Shown: positions 13,344 through 27,271, counted from the stretch's first letter. The stretch: 64,000 nucleotides of DNA from Eledone cirrhosa (GCA_964016885.1 OZ024765.1:11532001-11596000), one strand, 5' to 3'. The notes: generated by a model from the letters alone, not told the origin. Program-made: numbers and translations.

Positions 13344-13789
13344 CATCACTGCTTGATTGTGAATTATAATTACAAAAGAATGAGCTTTCAATATGTAAAC
13401 ATACAGATATTTTAAGTCACACAGGCAAGTGTTTATCAGTCTATGAATATAATAAATACACATACATACATTCCCAACATTTAAATATGATTTCCTCCTC
13501 CTCATTCATCGCTATTATCATTCAAATTTATCATCCAACTCCTTAACCATAGATTACCACATGTTATGCTGTGTTTAACATCAGAGAAGACATTATGTGT
13601 CTGTTTTTGTGGATGCACCAATGCTTTGCCTTCTTTCTTGTTTTTTTGGGTAGTGAAACAAAATGGTGAGATTTTTTAGTTTAAATATGAAAATAGAGTG
13701 AAACCTCACAGTACTAGTTTAATTTGGTCCATGACTGAGCTTGTTTTATGATTTACTTGTTTTACAAGTCAATTTTTGAGATTCTTCTT

Positions 13790-13945
13790 ATCGTGTCCAC
13801 AAGAGTGTCAGTTACAAAACTTGGCTAGATGTGGTTCTGTCACAGCTGAACACATTGCTGTCCTTTCTCATTAAACTCTGCCAAGTCCAATGCTGTGCAG
13901 GGGTGCCCCAGCAGGGGGCATATCAGGAGGTGCCCCCTTTAGAGT
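13790..13945 (-). mobile_element. Ingi/Vingi-like LINE 3' end
   Basis: Minus translation HLLICPLLGHPCTALDLAEFNEKGQQC; near-identical copy at 24165-24330. Confidence 0.6.
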
Positions 13946-14075
13946 AAAGTCACTATATATAAACACTATATATAATATACCACACTATATAAATACACTA
14001 TATACACCACACTAACTGCCAAGTCCAATGCTGTGTAGGGGTGTTCCAGCAGGGGGCATATATATACACATACAG

Positions 14076-14122
<47 letters not shown>

Positions 14123-14721
14123 CATATATATATAGACACATATATACATACATACATACATATATATATCTATATATGTACATACATATATATATATATA
14201 TATGTATATTTATTTACATATATATATGTGTGTACATCCATATACACACAAACACACACAATCACACACACATATATATATATACACACAGACACACGTT
14301 TTTATATAGTACGTAAAAATGACACGAAGAGAATAAAGACAAATTAGGTTGAAGATGGGAAAGTCAATTGAACAGTGTGAGAGTTTGAATTAACCTTTAA
14401 CGCGCTGTTGGCTACAAATTGCAACAAGAGAGTAACCTCCCTTTAATACATAATGCTTTATCAAGGGAGGCAATTCATGAACATTAAGATAAATACAAGC
14501 TGAAAAGGAAGACATTTAGAAGACTAGATATATGAACAAAAGCTTAAAACTTGCATTCAATGGAAATATTTACTGCAAATGGAATGAAAAGAGTGAAAAA
14601 ATAATCGAGGTTTCGGGTTAATCCCATTATCGAATAGAGTGAAAGAAGAAAAGAGTAAGAATGAAATAAGTAGAGTGTTAAAACAATACCACGTATTTAT
14701 ATATATACATATATATATATA

Positions 14722-14828
14722 TACAGGGTGTCCCAAAAAATGTATACACACTTCAACAGCATTCTAAGAAATATCGCCTGTACCCGTAATCAAAGTATGT
14801 ATATATTTTTTGGGGGGGACAACCTGTA
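14722..14828. mobile_element. Tc1/mariner-type MITE
   Basis: ta-cagggtgtcccaaaaaatgtatacacactt ... aagtatgtatatattttttggg..gacaacctg-ta: imperfect TIRs with TA flanks; truncated paralogue at 50708-50787. Confidence 0.75.
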
Positions 14829-14871
14829 TGTCATCATCATCATCATCATTTTACGTCTGCTTTTCCGTAAA

Positions 14872-14902
<31 letters not shown>

Positions 14903-15295
14903 CATAAAGGTTGTCCCCATATATATATATATATATATGTATCATTATATGTTGGCATCGACAGCAACGACAACGACAACAGGTGGAGCGTCAACAGTTT
15001 TCACGTACCTGAAACGAGATAAAGAGAGAGTGAAATTATTATTAATTGGTTGTTATGAAGAGATGTTTAACGAGATGTTTAACGAGATGTTAAGTGTGTG
15101 AGAGGGGGGGGGGGGCATTTGTGGTGGCGGTGGTGGGTGTTGTTTGATGGTAATGCTGCTGTGTCAGATTTACAGTGGTAGTGGTGGTGGTGGTGTTGGT
15201 GTTTGATGGCAGTGTTGGTGGTCTTAAATTGACATTAATTGCTGAGACCACCCATATGAGCATGTATATATATATTTAATGTAGTGTATGCATGC

Positions 15296-15348
<53 letters not shown>

Positions 15349-15354
15349 AGAGGA

Positions 15355-16210
15355 TTGAACATTTATATGTATGTGTATATATGTATATATATGAACATTT
15401 ACATATATACTTATATATATATAAGTACACACACATATGTATATATGTATATATATGAACATTTACATATATACTTATATATAAGTACACACACGTTTAC
15501 ATATATATTTCTGTATTTGTAAGTATGTATATATATGAACATTTACATATATACTTATATATATATAAGTACACACACATATGTATATATGTATATATAT
15601 GAACATTTACATATATACTTATATATATATAAGTACACACACATATATACACACACACATTTACATATATATTTCTGTATTTGAAAGTATGTATATATAT
15701 GGACATTTACATATATACTTATATATATATATAAGTACACACACATATATACACACACACGTTTACATATATATTTCTGTATTTGTAAGTATGTATATAT
15801 ATGAACATTTACATATATACTTATATATATATATAAGTACACACACATATATACACACACACGTTTACATATATATTTCTGTATTTGTAAGTATGTATAT
15901 ATATGAACATTTACATATATACTTATATATATATAAGTACACACACATATATACACACACACGTTTACATATATATTTCTGTATTTGAAAGTATGTATAT
16001 ATATGAACATTTACATATATACTTATATATATATAAGTACACATACATATATACACACACACGTTTACATATATATTTCTGTATTTGAAAGTATGTATAT
16101 ATATGAACATTTACATATATACTTATATATATATAAGTACACACACATATATACACACACACGTTTACATATATATTTCTGTATTTGTAAGTATGTGTGT
16201 ATATGAACAA
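15355..16210. repeat. ~100-bp AT-rich minisatellite
   Basis: Repeated gaacatttacatatatacttat..aagtacacacac..cgtttacatatatatttctgtatttg unit. Confidence 0.9.
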
Positions 16211-16309
16211 TCTTTGTTTTCATTTAAATTTTCCTTCAATTAAAATCTATGAAAATAATCACACAAATACAGGCTGAAAAATAAAATATCATGAATTGTG
16301 AATAATATA

Positions 16310-16492
16310 AATAATTGTTTCTACTTTTGACATAAGGCCAGCAATTACCCAGTACATTACTGGTACTTTATTTTATCGACCCCCGTAAGGATGAAAGGCA
16401 AAGTTAACCTCGGTGGGATTTGAACTCAGAGCGTAAAGGGACGTAACTATGCTGGAAAGCATGGCGTCCGACCCTCCACTGATACTGCCAAT
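16310..16492 (-). mobile_element. SINE family C
   Basis: Reverse complement of 24516-24708. Confidence 0.85.
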
Positions 16493-16509
16493 ATAAATAA
16501 TGGTAAGAG

Positions 16510-16992
16510 AGAGAGGAAATTGTGGTTCACATTGTATCCAAGTGTAAAGAGCTAGCCCAGACCCACTATAAAGGCTGGAGACATGATATAACAGGAAAGG
16601 TGATTCACTGGTATCTATGCAGACTAAACAATTTACCACATTCTGAGAAGTGGTATGAGCATAAGCCAGAGTCAGGGATAGAAAACGATCAGGTGAAGGT
16701 GCTATGGGATTTTAGGATACAGACGGACAAGAAATTAGAACACAATAGGTCTGACCTGGTCGTTTTTGACAAGGAAAAAAGATCATGCCTGATTGTAGAT
16801 GTAACCTGTCCCTTTGACACAAGAGTGCAAGAGAAGGAGAAGGAGAAAATTAACCGATACCAGGATTTAAAGTGGGAGTTAAAAAGGATTTGGGACTGTT
16901 ATGAGATCAAGGTCGTCCCGGTTGTCATAGGAGCACTAGGTACTATCTCAAAGAGTTTTCAAGGATGGTTAAAGAAGATTAGGCAAAGGTAA
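16510..16992 (+). pseudogene. R4/Dong-clade non-LTR retrotransposon restriction-like endonuclease fragment
   Basis: HIVSKC..RHD..VLWDFRIQTD..HNRSDLVV..IVDVTCP..EKINRYQDL..IW..VVPVVIGALG: end of the CCHC knuckle, RHD and PD-(D/E)xK-type RLE motifs (RPD mutated to RSD). Confidence 0.85.
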
Positions 16993-17667
16993 TGGCCGAT
17001 ACAGCTTGGCACCAGTGACATCATAAATCAATATATACACCCTCTATACTCAATATATACCCTCTATACTCTAGTTATATACCCTCTATACTATATATTT
17101 ACACCCTCTATACTCAATATATACACTCTATACTCAATATATACACTCTATACTCTAGTTATATACCCTCTATACTTTATATATACACTTTATATTGTAT
17201 ATATACACTCTATACTCAATATATACACTCTATACTCTATATATACACTATATACTCAATATATACACTCTATACTCTATATATACACACTCTATACTCA
17301 ATATATACACTCTATACACTATATATGGTGTTGTCCAAGAGAAAGGCAATGACCAGCTTGGCACCAGTGACATCACAACTTATTTCTACAGCTGAGTGAA
17401 CTGAAGGAACATGAAATAAAGTATCTTGCTCAAGGACACAACACAAAACCCAATTCAAGAATCAAACTCACAACATCACATGGAGTTTCTATAAAGAAGA
17501 TAAAAATAAATAAATAAGAAATGTTAAGAAAACAACATAAAAATATAAAAAGGTAAAATATACTAAAGACTAATTAATACTGTCTAGGAGATAAATTTAA
17601 AGCATATATATACATATATATATATACGATATTAAACAAATGGAAACTATATTTATAAAACCATATT

Positions 17668-17733
17668 TATTTCATTATACATATTTCAGGGATACCATAT
17701 TAAAAATATGGCATGCCTTCGTCAGATAAAATA
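17668..17733 (-). ncRNA. Type I hammerhead ribozyme (mirror copy in the palindrome)
   Basis: Exact reverse complement of 17804-17869. Confidence 0.75.
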
Positions 17734-17803
17734 CAATATATAAACAGTTTTATAAATAATTTTGACGTACGTCAAAATTATTTATAAAACTGTTTATATA
17801 TTG

Positions 17804-17869
17804 TATTTTATCTGACGAAGGCATGCCATATTTTTAATATGGTATCCCTGAAATATGTATAATGAAATA
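17804..17869 (+). ncRNA. Type I hammerhead ribozyme with intact core
   Basis: Stem I tattttat/atgaaata; CTGACGA; stem II agg-c-atgccatatt-ttt-aatatggtat-c-cct; GAAA-tatgta-TA; predicted cleavage after 17861. Confidence 0.8.
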
Positions 17870-18093
17870 AATATGGTTTTATAAATATAGTTTCCATTTG
17901 TTTAATATCGTATATCTACTCCAAAAACTTGTCGAGTGCTTTATATCAGTTATAAAATATTTACTTGTTGTAACCCAACAATTTTAAATAAAACTTTTGC
18001 ATATATATATATGTATGTATATATTCATATGTCCCAAGGCTCTGATACCATCAACACTATACACACAGAGCTGGCATATCTAAGAACTGACTA

Positions 18094-18149
18094 ACTGCCT
18101 GATGAGGTCATAGCCATTCAATGGCTATCATCAAAATATATATAGCAGT
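18094..18149 (+). ncRNA. Type I hammerhead ribozyme with G12A change
   Basis: actgc-CTGATGA-ggt-c-atagccatt-c-aatggctat-c-atc-AAAA-tatata-TA-gcagt; stem I is a perfect 5 bp. Confidence 0.7.
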
Positions 18150-18254
18150 AAATAAAGGATTATGAGTTCATGCAATTGACTTATGTTTCCTCACTATATA
18201 TCAAAACCCATGCTAGCGTGGAAGATAGACGTTATACGATGATGATGATGATAT

Positions 18255-19510
<1,256 letters not shown>

Positions 19511-19788
19511 TTTGTGTATGTATATGTGTATGTGTATATGTGAGTATATTATATATTCCCCAACCTTCAATTATAGTGTCTCATTATCGGTCCTTAAGAA
19601 GATGTCTGTTATTACACATCAGTCTTTCATCATATATTTATGAGCTGGTTACTAATATATGTCTGAAGTAGTGTATCAATAACATAGCACATCATAAAGT
19701 TATGACCAATCTCTTTGATACTTGATAGCAGAGACTGCTCATAAAAGAATGATTTTAATGTGTGAAAGACACACACACACACACACAT

Positions 19789-20468
19789 GTTGGTAAGTAG
19801 AAAAGAGGACAAGACTCTGATTCCATCAGGGAAATGGCCATGTTTAATATGTAGAAAGGAGTTGACATCAATTCTATAAAACGTACACAAGGCAGATCTT
19901 GGGTACACAAGAGATGTAGTGGGATAGCAGGCAAACTAACAGGTAGGGAAAACTACCTATGCAGTAGATGTACAGGGAAATTTGAAAGTAGAAGCTGCAG
20001 TGATAGACACATTTTTCAAATGCAGGTAGGATCTATAGAAGTGTTTGATAGCTCCTGATACCTAGGTGATTAGATTAGCAAGGGGGAAGGGTGCTCCGAG
20101 GCGCCATAGTATCTAAAATAAGGACGGGTTGGATGGAAGAAGTTTAGGGAGCTGCTTCGACTGTTGACAAAGAAGGGTTTTTTTCCTACGAAATGAAAGG
20201 CCAGTTATATGATGCCTGTGTGAGGTGCGCGATGCTGCATGGTAGTGAGACATGGGCAGCAACTACAGAGGATATGCGACAGCTGGAGAGAAATGAAGCA
20301 AGCATGCTCCGTTGGATGTGCAATGTCAATGTGTGTGAACAGCCAAGCATAGATGAGTTAAAAGAGAAAGTGGATATAAGAGGGATAAGCTGTAGTGTGT
20401 GGGAGAGAAGACTGTGATGGTTTGGACATGTGAGGTACATGGAAGATGACCGCAGAGTGAAGAAGTGC
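19789..20468 (+). mobile_element. Decayed RTE-clade LINE internal fragment
   Basis: IPSGKWPC..; KGQLYDACVRCAMLHGSETWA..; paralogue of 29476-31157. Confidence 0.88.
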
Positions 20469-20489
20469 ACACCCATTACATTGACAAGT

Positions 20490-21514
20490 CACTGACACAG
20501 TGTTTAGTACCTCACTACACACCCCACTACACACACTCTATACACACTATATAGACACAGACATGGTGTATAGTACCTCATTACACAATCCTACACACAT
20601 ACAGTCACACACACTATACACACTATACAGACACACAATGCCACACACACACACCAACACACCAACACACACCACTCCACACACAGTCGACAGACACAAT
20701 CCCACACACACACACACAACATACCCCACTCCACACACAGTCCAGACACACCAACACACACACACAACACACCACTCCACACACAGTCCACAGACACAGT
20801 CACCCCCCCCCCACACACACACAGTCCACAGACACAGTTACACACACACCAACACATACACAGTCACACCAACACACCCCACTCCACCCACTACACACAC
20901 AGACAGTCACACACACACACACCAACACACAGTCACACAACACATCCCACTACACACAGTCACACACCAACACACACAACACACCCCACTCCACATACAG
21001 TCCACAGACAGTCACACACACACACACACACACCACCACACACCAACACATACACAGTCACACCAACACACCCCACTCCACCCACTACACACACAGACAC
21101 ATAGACACAGTCACACACAACATACCCCACTCCACCCACAGTCCACAGACACAGTCACACACACACACAGTCCACAGACACACACACACCAACACATACA
21201 CAGTCACACCCCCACTCCACCCACTACACACACAGACACAGTCACACACACACACAGACACACAAACACACACACACCAACACATACACAGTCACACCAA
21301 CACACCCCACTCCACCCACTACACACACAGACACACAAACACACACACACCAACACATACACAGTCACACCCCCCACTCCACCCACTACACACACAGACA
21401 CGTGTATATTTTAACATTTTAGTATCACCAATTCCTTAAATTAGAATCACATCAAATCTTAACCAAAGAAACACTGGAAAGATGCCAAGAATCAAACAAC
21501 AACAACAACTACAA

Positions 21515-21545
<31 letters not shown>

Positions 21546-22270
21546 AACAGCAGCAATACTACCACTAATAATAATAATACTAACAAGAGAAGAAATAATA
21601 ATACTGATAATAATAGTGATAATAATACTGGACTGATGAATTTCAAAGATTTCTTTCATGGCAGCTGCAACACTTGTCTGTAGAGAGGAGAACGTCTGGT
21701 CTCTGGGACAGTAGATTGGTGGTGGTGGTGGTGGTGGTGGTGGTGTGGTGGTGGTGGTGGTGGTGGTGTGGTGGTAGTGGTGGTGGTGGTGGTGGTGGTA
21801 GTGGTAGTGTGGTGGTGGTGGTGGTAGTGGTGGTGGTGGTAGTGGTGGTGGTAGTGTTGGTGTCTGGTGGTGGTGGTGGTGGTGTCTGGTGGTGGTGGTG
21901 GTGGTGGTAATAGTGGTGGTGGTGGTTGTGGTGGTGGTGGTGGTAATAGTGGTGGTGGTGGTGGTAGTGGTGAAGTGGTGGTAGTGGTGGTGGTGGTAAT
22001 AGTGGTGGTGGTGGTGGTGAAGTGGTGGTGGTGGTAATAGTGGTGGTGGTGGTGGTGAAGTGGTGGTAGTGGTGGTGGTGGTGTGGTGGTAGTGGTGGTG
22101 GTGGTGGTGGTGGTAGTGGTGGTGGTAGTGGTGGTGGTGGTGGTAGTGTGGTGGTAGTTGTGGTGGTAGTGGTGGCGGTGATGGTGGTAGTGGTGGGGTT
22201 GGTGGTGAAGTGGTGGCGGTGGTGGTGTTGGTGGTGGTGTGGTGGCGGTGAAGTGGTGGAGGTGGTGGCG
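20490..22270. repeat. CA-rich and (GGT)n low-complexity tracts
   Basis: acacacagtc/ccccactcc units at 20490-21400; (GGT)n at 21718-22270. Confidence 0.9.
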
Positions 22271-22410
22271 TCCTATTTCTGGCAGCTCTACCTCCATTGA
22301 CCACAACAAGGTCTTGATGGCTCTGCCTTGCATAGCTAGAAATCTTATCACAAGCCTGCTCCCAGGCCAGACCTATGTCTTCCTGGCCCTTCACATACCA
22401 TAGCTAGGTC

Positions 22411-22638
22411 TTAACCCTTTAGCATTCACATTAATCTATATATACTATTGTATTTTCCTGATAAAGGGTTTACCTCGCATAATTATCCCACATAATATCG
22501 AATCTATGGGATTTTGAAAGTATTTATTTTGAGAACAATACCTTAACATTAGTTTGAGTGACCAGTTACAGCCAGTTTCAACAGAAAAAGGTAGAGAATT
22601 CTGGCCGGTTTTGGCCGGTTTGAACATTAAAGGGTTAA
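22411..22638. mobile_element. TTAA-flanked piggyBac-like MITE
   Basis: ttaa-ccctttagcattca ... tgaacattaaaggg-ttaa; several paralogues in the window. Confidence 0.75.
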
Positions 22639-22941
22639 TGGTTCTGCCTTGCATAGTTTCAACCTTGTTACAGGCCTGCTCCCGGGCCAGACCTATGTCT
22701 TCCTGGCCCTCTATAAACCCTAACCATGTCAGGAATCAAACCCACAACATTATGATCGAAAGTCAAATACCCTAACCACTAGACCACACACCTCCACATG
22801 TTACTGGTACTTTATTGACTCAGTAAGGAGAAAAGTAACGCTAACCTCAGCAAGATTTGAACTCAGAATGTAAAGGGCTGTAACTAAATGCTGCAAATCA
22901 TATTGTCTGATGCTTTACTGATATTACCAATCCATCACTAT

Positions 22942-23242
22942 TTAACCCTTTAGCAATCACATTACTCTATATATATTATTGCATTTTCATGGTAAAGGCT
23001 TTACCTCGCATAATAGCTCACATAACCTTTACATTACTCTATATATACTATTGTATTTTCACAGTAAAGGCTTTACCTCACATAATTATCTCACGTAATA
23101 TTGAATCTATGAGATTTTGATATTGTTTATTTTGAGAACAATACCATAACATCAATATGAGTGGCCAGTTACAGCCAGTTTGAACAGAAAAGGGTGAGAG
23201 AATTCTGGTCGGATAGGACCGGTTTAAATGCTAAAGGGTTAA
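22942..23242. mobile_element. TTAA-flanked piggyBac-like MITE with an internal duplication
   Basis: ttaa-ccctttagca ... tgctaaaggg-ttaa; the acattactctatatata..ggctttacctc segment is duplicated. Confidence 0.75.
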
Positions 23243-23479
23243 GATAAATATAAACATTTTAATCCTTTCATTACTTTTCATATGAAAAACACCATCTATT
23301 ATTTTCAAATAATTTTGAAAACAAGAATTTGAAGAGAGTAAAATATTCAACTTTCTCATTATTAAGCTGGTGTTTGGAACATAACCGAACAAAGGTAACT
23401 GAACATAATATTATGGTGAGAGAATTCTGGCCAGATATGGCCGGTTTAAATGCTAAAATGTTAATATCAGCTTAAGCAT

Positions 23480-24060
23480 GAGAAAGTTAGTTTTATTACT
23501 AAATCCCTCATAAATCTTGATTATTTTCAAAACCATTTGAAAACCATAGGCTGTGTCTTTTATTTGAAATATGGTAATGAAGATATGTAAGTGAACAGGT
23601 AAGTTTATTACTAAATCCCTCATAATTCTTTATTATTTTCAAACCATAGACAGTACGCTGACATTTGAAATATGGGAACGAAGATAGAATTGGAAGTTTT
23701 ATTACTAAATCCGTCCAAATTTTTAATTATTTTCAAAATTATCTGAAAACCATAGAAAGTGTCTTTCATTTGAAATATGGTTATGAAAATATGAGAAAGG
23801 GCAGAAAGTTTTATTACTAAATTCAACATAATTTTTGAATATTTACAAAATAATTTGAAGTATGGTAAAGAAGATATGAGAAAGTTAGTTATATTACTAA
23901 ATCCTTCCAAATTTTTTTATTATTTTTAAAATTATCTCAAAACCATAGACAGTGTCTTTCATTAGAAATATGGTAATGAAGATATGTGAAAGGGCAGGCA
24001 GTTTTATAACTAAATCCTTCCATATTTTTAATTATTTAAAAAATTATTTGAAAACGTCAA
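23480..24060. repeat. Diverged ~100-115-bp tandem repeat
   Basis: ttttattactaaatcc..aaaaccatag..tttgaaatatggtaatgaagatatg recurs about 5-6 times. Confidence 0.75.
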
Positions 24061-24164
24061 GCTTTATGTTCAGACAGTAGTATAGATTGCTCCCTACCTG
24101 CCAGTTTAGGAATGATAAGATTATACGATTGTCCCCTTGTCAGCTTGTCAGTCGTCGTCTTCTT

Positions 24165-24330
24165 TTTGATGTGTCCACAAGAGTGTCAGCTACAAAGCTT
24201 GGCTAGATGTGGTTCTGTTACAGCTGAACACATTGCTGTCCTTTCTCATTAAACTCTGCCAAGTCCAATGCTGTGCAGGAGTGCCCCAGCAGGGGGTATA
24301 TCAGGAGGTGCCCCCTTTAGAGTAAAGTCA
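24165..24330 (-). mobile_element. Ingi/Vingi-like LINE 3' end
   Basis: Near-identical to 13790-13945, including the flanking agagtaaagtcactatata. Confidence 0.6.
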
Positions 24331-24515
24331 CTATATATACACTATATATAATATACCACACTATATATATACACTATGTGCACCACACTAACCAACAGAC
24401 AGACAAGACACCCCTATATATATATATACTATATACAACAGAGACACGACAACTATATACACTATATATATACACAAAACTCCACTATATATATATATAT
24501 ATAACATTATATCGA

Positions 24516-24810
24516 GGGCGGTGGATTGGCAGTATCGGTAGAGGGTTGGACGTCATGCTTTGACGCATAGAGTTACGGCCCTTGCCATTCTGAGTTCAAA
24601 TCTCGCCGAGGTTAACTTTGCCTTTCATCCTTACGGGGTCGATAAAATAAAGTACCAGTAATACACTGGGTAATTGCTGGCCTTGTGCCTAATGTAGAAA
24701 TAATTATATCGAGGTTAACTTTGCCTTTCATCCTTACGGGGTCGATAAAATAAAGTACCAGTAATACACTGGGTAATTGCTGGCCTTGTGCCAAAAATAG
24801 AAACAATTAT
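24516..24810 (+). mobile_element. SINE family C, full length plus duplicated 3' half
   Basis: ggcggtggattggcagtatcggtagag..gagttcaaatc..gttaactttgcctttcatccttacggggtcgataaaataaagtaccag; 3' ~100 bp repeated. Confidence 0.88.
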
Positions 24811-24841
24811 ATAAATATATATATACAAGAATGAATGAGAG

Positions 24842-25085
24842 TCTTCTTCTTGTTGTGTCCACAAGAGAGTCAGTTACAAAGCCTTTCTCATTAAACTCTG
24901 CCAAGTCCATTGCTGTGTAGAGGTGTCCCAGTAGGGGGTATATCAGGAGGCGCTGCGTAGTCTGTGGTTTGATACCGCAGTCACACACACCAACGTCCCC
25001 ATCCTTGAAATATCTCCATTTTACAGGGATTAACTTGTGCATGTCCAACACCAGATCTACGTCTGTTAGGTATTTCCACACTGCA
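24842..25085 (-). pseudogene. Ingi/Vingi-like (I-group) LINE ORF C-terminus with zinc knuckle
   Basis: WKYL..(frameshift)..KWRYFKDGDVGVCDCGIKPQTTQRLLIYPLL..DLAEFN resembles the KWGY..CxCG..QT..HLLxCP motif; (AAG)n-like tail. Confidence 0.65.
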
Positions 25086-25498
25086 TAGTTTGTAACTCGT
25101 TACTTTAATGAAAGAGCAGTTAAGCCAAGACTCTCATTAAGACTATGTGTAATTACTCACAATTCTCAACTCCAATCAAAACTGGCAACTGCTTCTGTTT
25201 CTGTTTAATGTGTAGACCATCACAATGACATTAAACCATAAAATGTTTATATGAGAGACAGATGAGCTATATAAAGCTATATAAAGCTATATAAAGCAAT
25301 ATAATAGAATATAAATTGAGCATAAAGATGATATTCATGAAACTCCTTTAAACTCTATTACATGGATGTGTGAGTGTGTGTGAGTGTGTCTGTGTGTGCA
25401 TATGTGTGTGTGAGTGTGTCTGTGTGTGCGTGTGTGTGTGCGTGTGTATTTTTATATGTAAGTATATGCATATATAAAAAAATGTATGTACACATATA

Positions 25499-25538
<40 letters not shown>

Positions 25539-25550
25539 TATATGTATATA

Positions 25551-25591
<41 letters not shown>

Positions 25592-25745
25592 GTATAATAT
25601 AAGATCAAAAGATGGTTAAAGGAGTTCCATCTTTTGATCTTATATTATGCATACTCCAGTCCCACAAACTGTAGAGTGCTTCTTATCCGATATCTGCATT
25701 GCTTTATTGTACTACAATAAAACTCACCTCCTACATATATATATG

Positions 25746-25779
<34 letters not shown>

Positions 25780-25828
25780 CATATACATATGTGTATATAC
25801 ATATACATATGTGTATATACATATACAC

Positions 25829-25877
<49 letters not shown>

Positions 25878-25952
25878 TATATATATGTGTATATACATAT
25901 ATATATATACACATATATATATACATATATATATATATACATATACATATAT

Positions 25953-26055
<103 letters not shown>

Positions 26056-26236
26056 TTCCAAGACAAAGTTTTGGCAGTAACTCTGAAGTCACTGGCACCT
26101 TTTTCTTCAGAATATATAGGCATTGAATACTTATTTAGTTATAGTTAGACACACACACACACACATATATATGTATATATATTATGGAATACTGTTGGCT
26201 TCTTGCTACACTATTTTCTATACTTTTCATTTATAT

Positions 26237-26577
26237 ATCATCATCATCATCATCATTTTACGTCCACTTTTCCCTGCTTGCAAGGGTGGGACGGGAACTG
26301 ATACTGGCTTGATTTCTACAGCTGGATGCCCTTCCTAACACCAACCTCATTTACAGTGAGTGCTGGGTGGTTTTTGCCGTGACACCTCCACGACCACTTT
26401 GCAGTGGAATGATAGGGACCCCAGTCCCTATCATCTCATTTCTACAGCTGAGTAAACTGGAGCAATGTGAAATAAAGTGTCTTGCTCAAGGAAACAACAC
26501 ATCACCCGGTCTGAGAATTGAACTCACAACCTTTCGATTGCAAGGCCAATGCTCTAACCACTAAGCCATGTGCCTCC
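26237..26577 (-). mobile_element. CORE-type SINE family A, full length
   Basis: Reverse complement of 11814-12163. Confidence 0.9.
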
Positions 26578-26674
26578 ATATATATATATATATATACACA
26601 TGTGTGTGTATGATGAAGTTATATCTGTATAATTACCGGGCGTATAATCAAGACTGCAACAATGTGTGTGTATA

Positions 26675-27072
26675 TACGAGGGCAATCCCAAAAGTAAGGT
26701 CTCCTTCCGATATTGCAACTTTTCCGTTAAAATCCTGTGGATGGTGCTTCGGGAAACCTCAGGAACCAAAATGCAGAGAGCATCCAGAGTGATCCGCCGA
26801 TCTTTACACATGTTTTCCTCGGAAGGAGACCTTACTTTTGGGATTGCCCTCGTATATAATAACTGTGCGAAATTCACACTTGGAGGTAGCGTTCAACGGG
26901 AGCTCCATTCTCAACGGCTGCCAAGCCAAGATTGAGCATCCCAGTGAAGCGCGCGCATGCCTGTTTGGGAGTGAAGGAAGCACCAATCACAACAGTGTTG
27001 CCAACAGCCGTACGAACAGTTTCTCTGCGTCCCCATCGCTTTGGAGACCTTACTTTCGGGATTACCCTCGTA
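26675..27072 (-). mobile_element. Rearranged mariner derivative with three TIR copies
   Basis: TIR ta-cgagggcaatcccaaaagtaaggtctcc at 26677, inverted at 26825-26852 and 27043-27070; minus translation EENMCKDRRITLDAL..VSRSTIHRILTEKLQYRK matches a mariner transposase HTH region. Confidence 0.85.
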
Positions 27073-27271
27073 TATACTGTAGTCCTCTGGAATTCGCGGG
27101 GCTTACATTCCTACAGCACCCGTTTCTATTTTTGTACTCCTGAAGAAGGGCTAAAGTCCAACACCTCAAACTTTCTTTCCCCTTTTCCATGTAAAGCATG
27201 AAACTAATAAGACTTTTTGTATCTCTCTTTGTTGCTTCCTTGAACTATACATATATATATATATATATATA

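Larger units (their letters stand above)
17622..17915. repeat. Perfect 294-bp spacerless palindrome (147-bp arms)
   Basis: Centre gacgt|acgtc at 17768/17769; arms are exact reverse complements out to atatacg/cgtatat. Confidence 0.95.
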
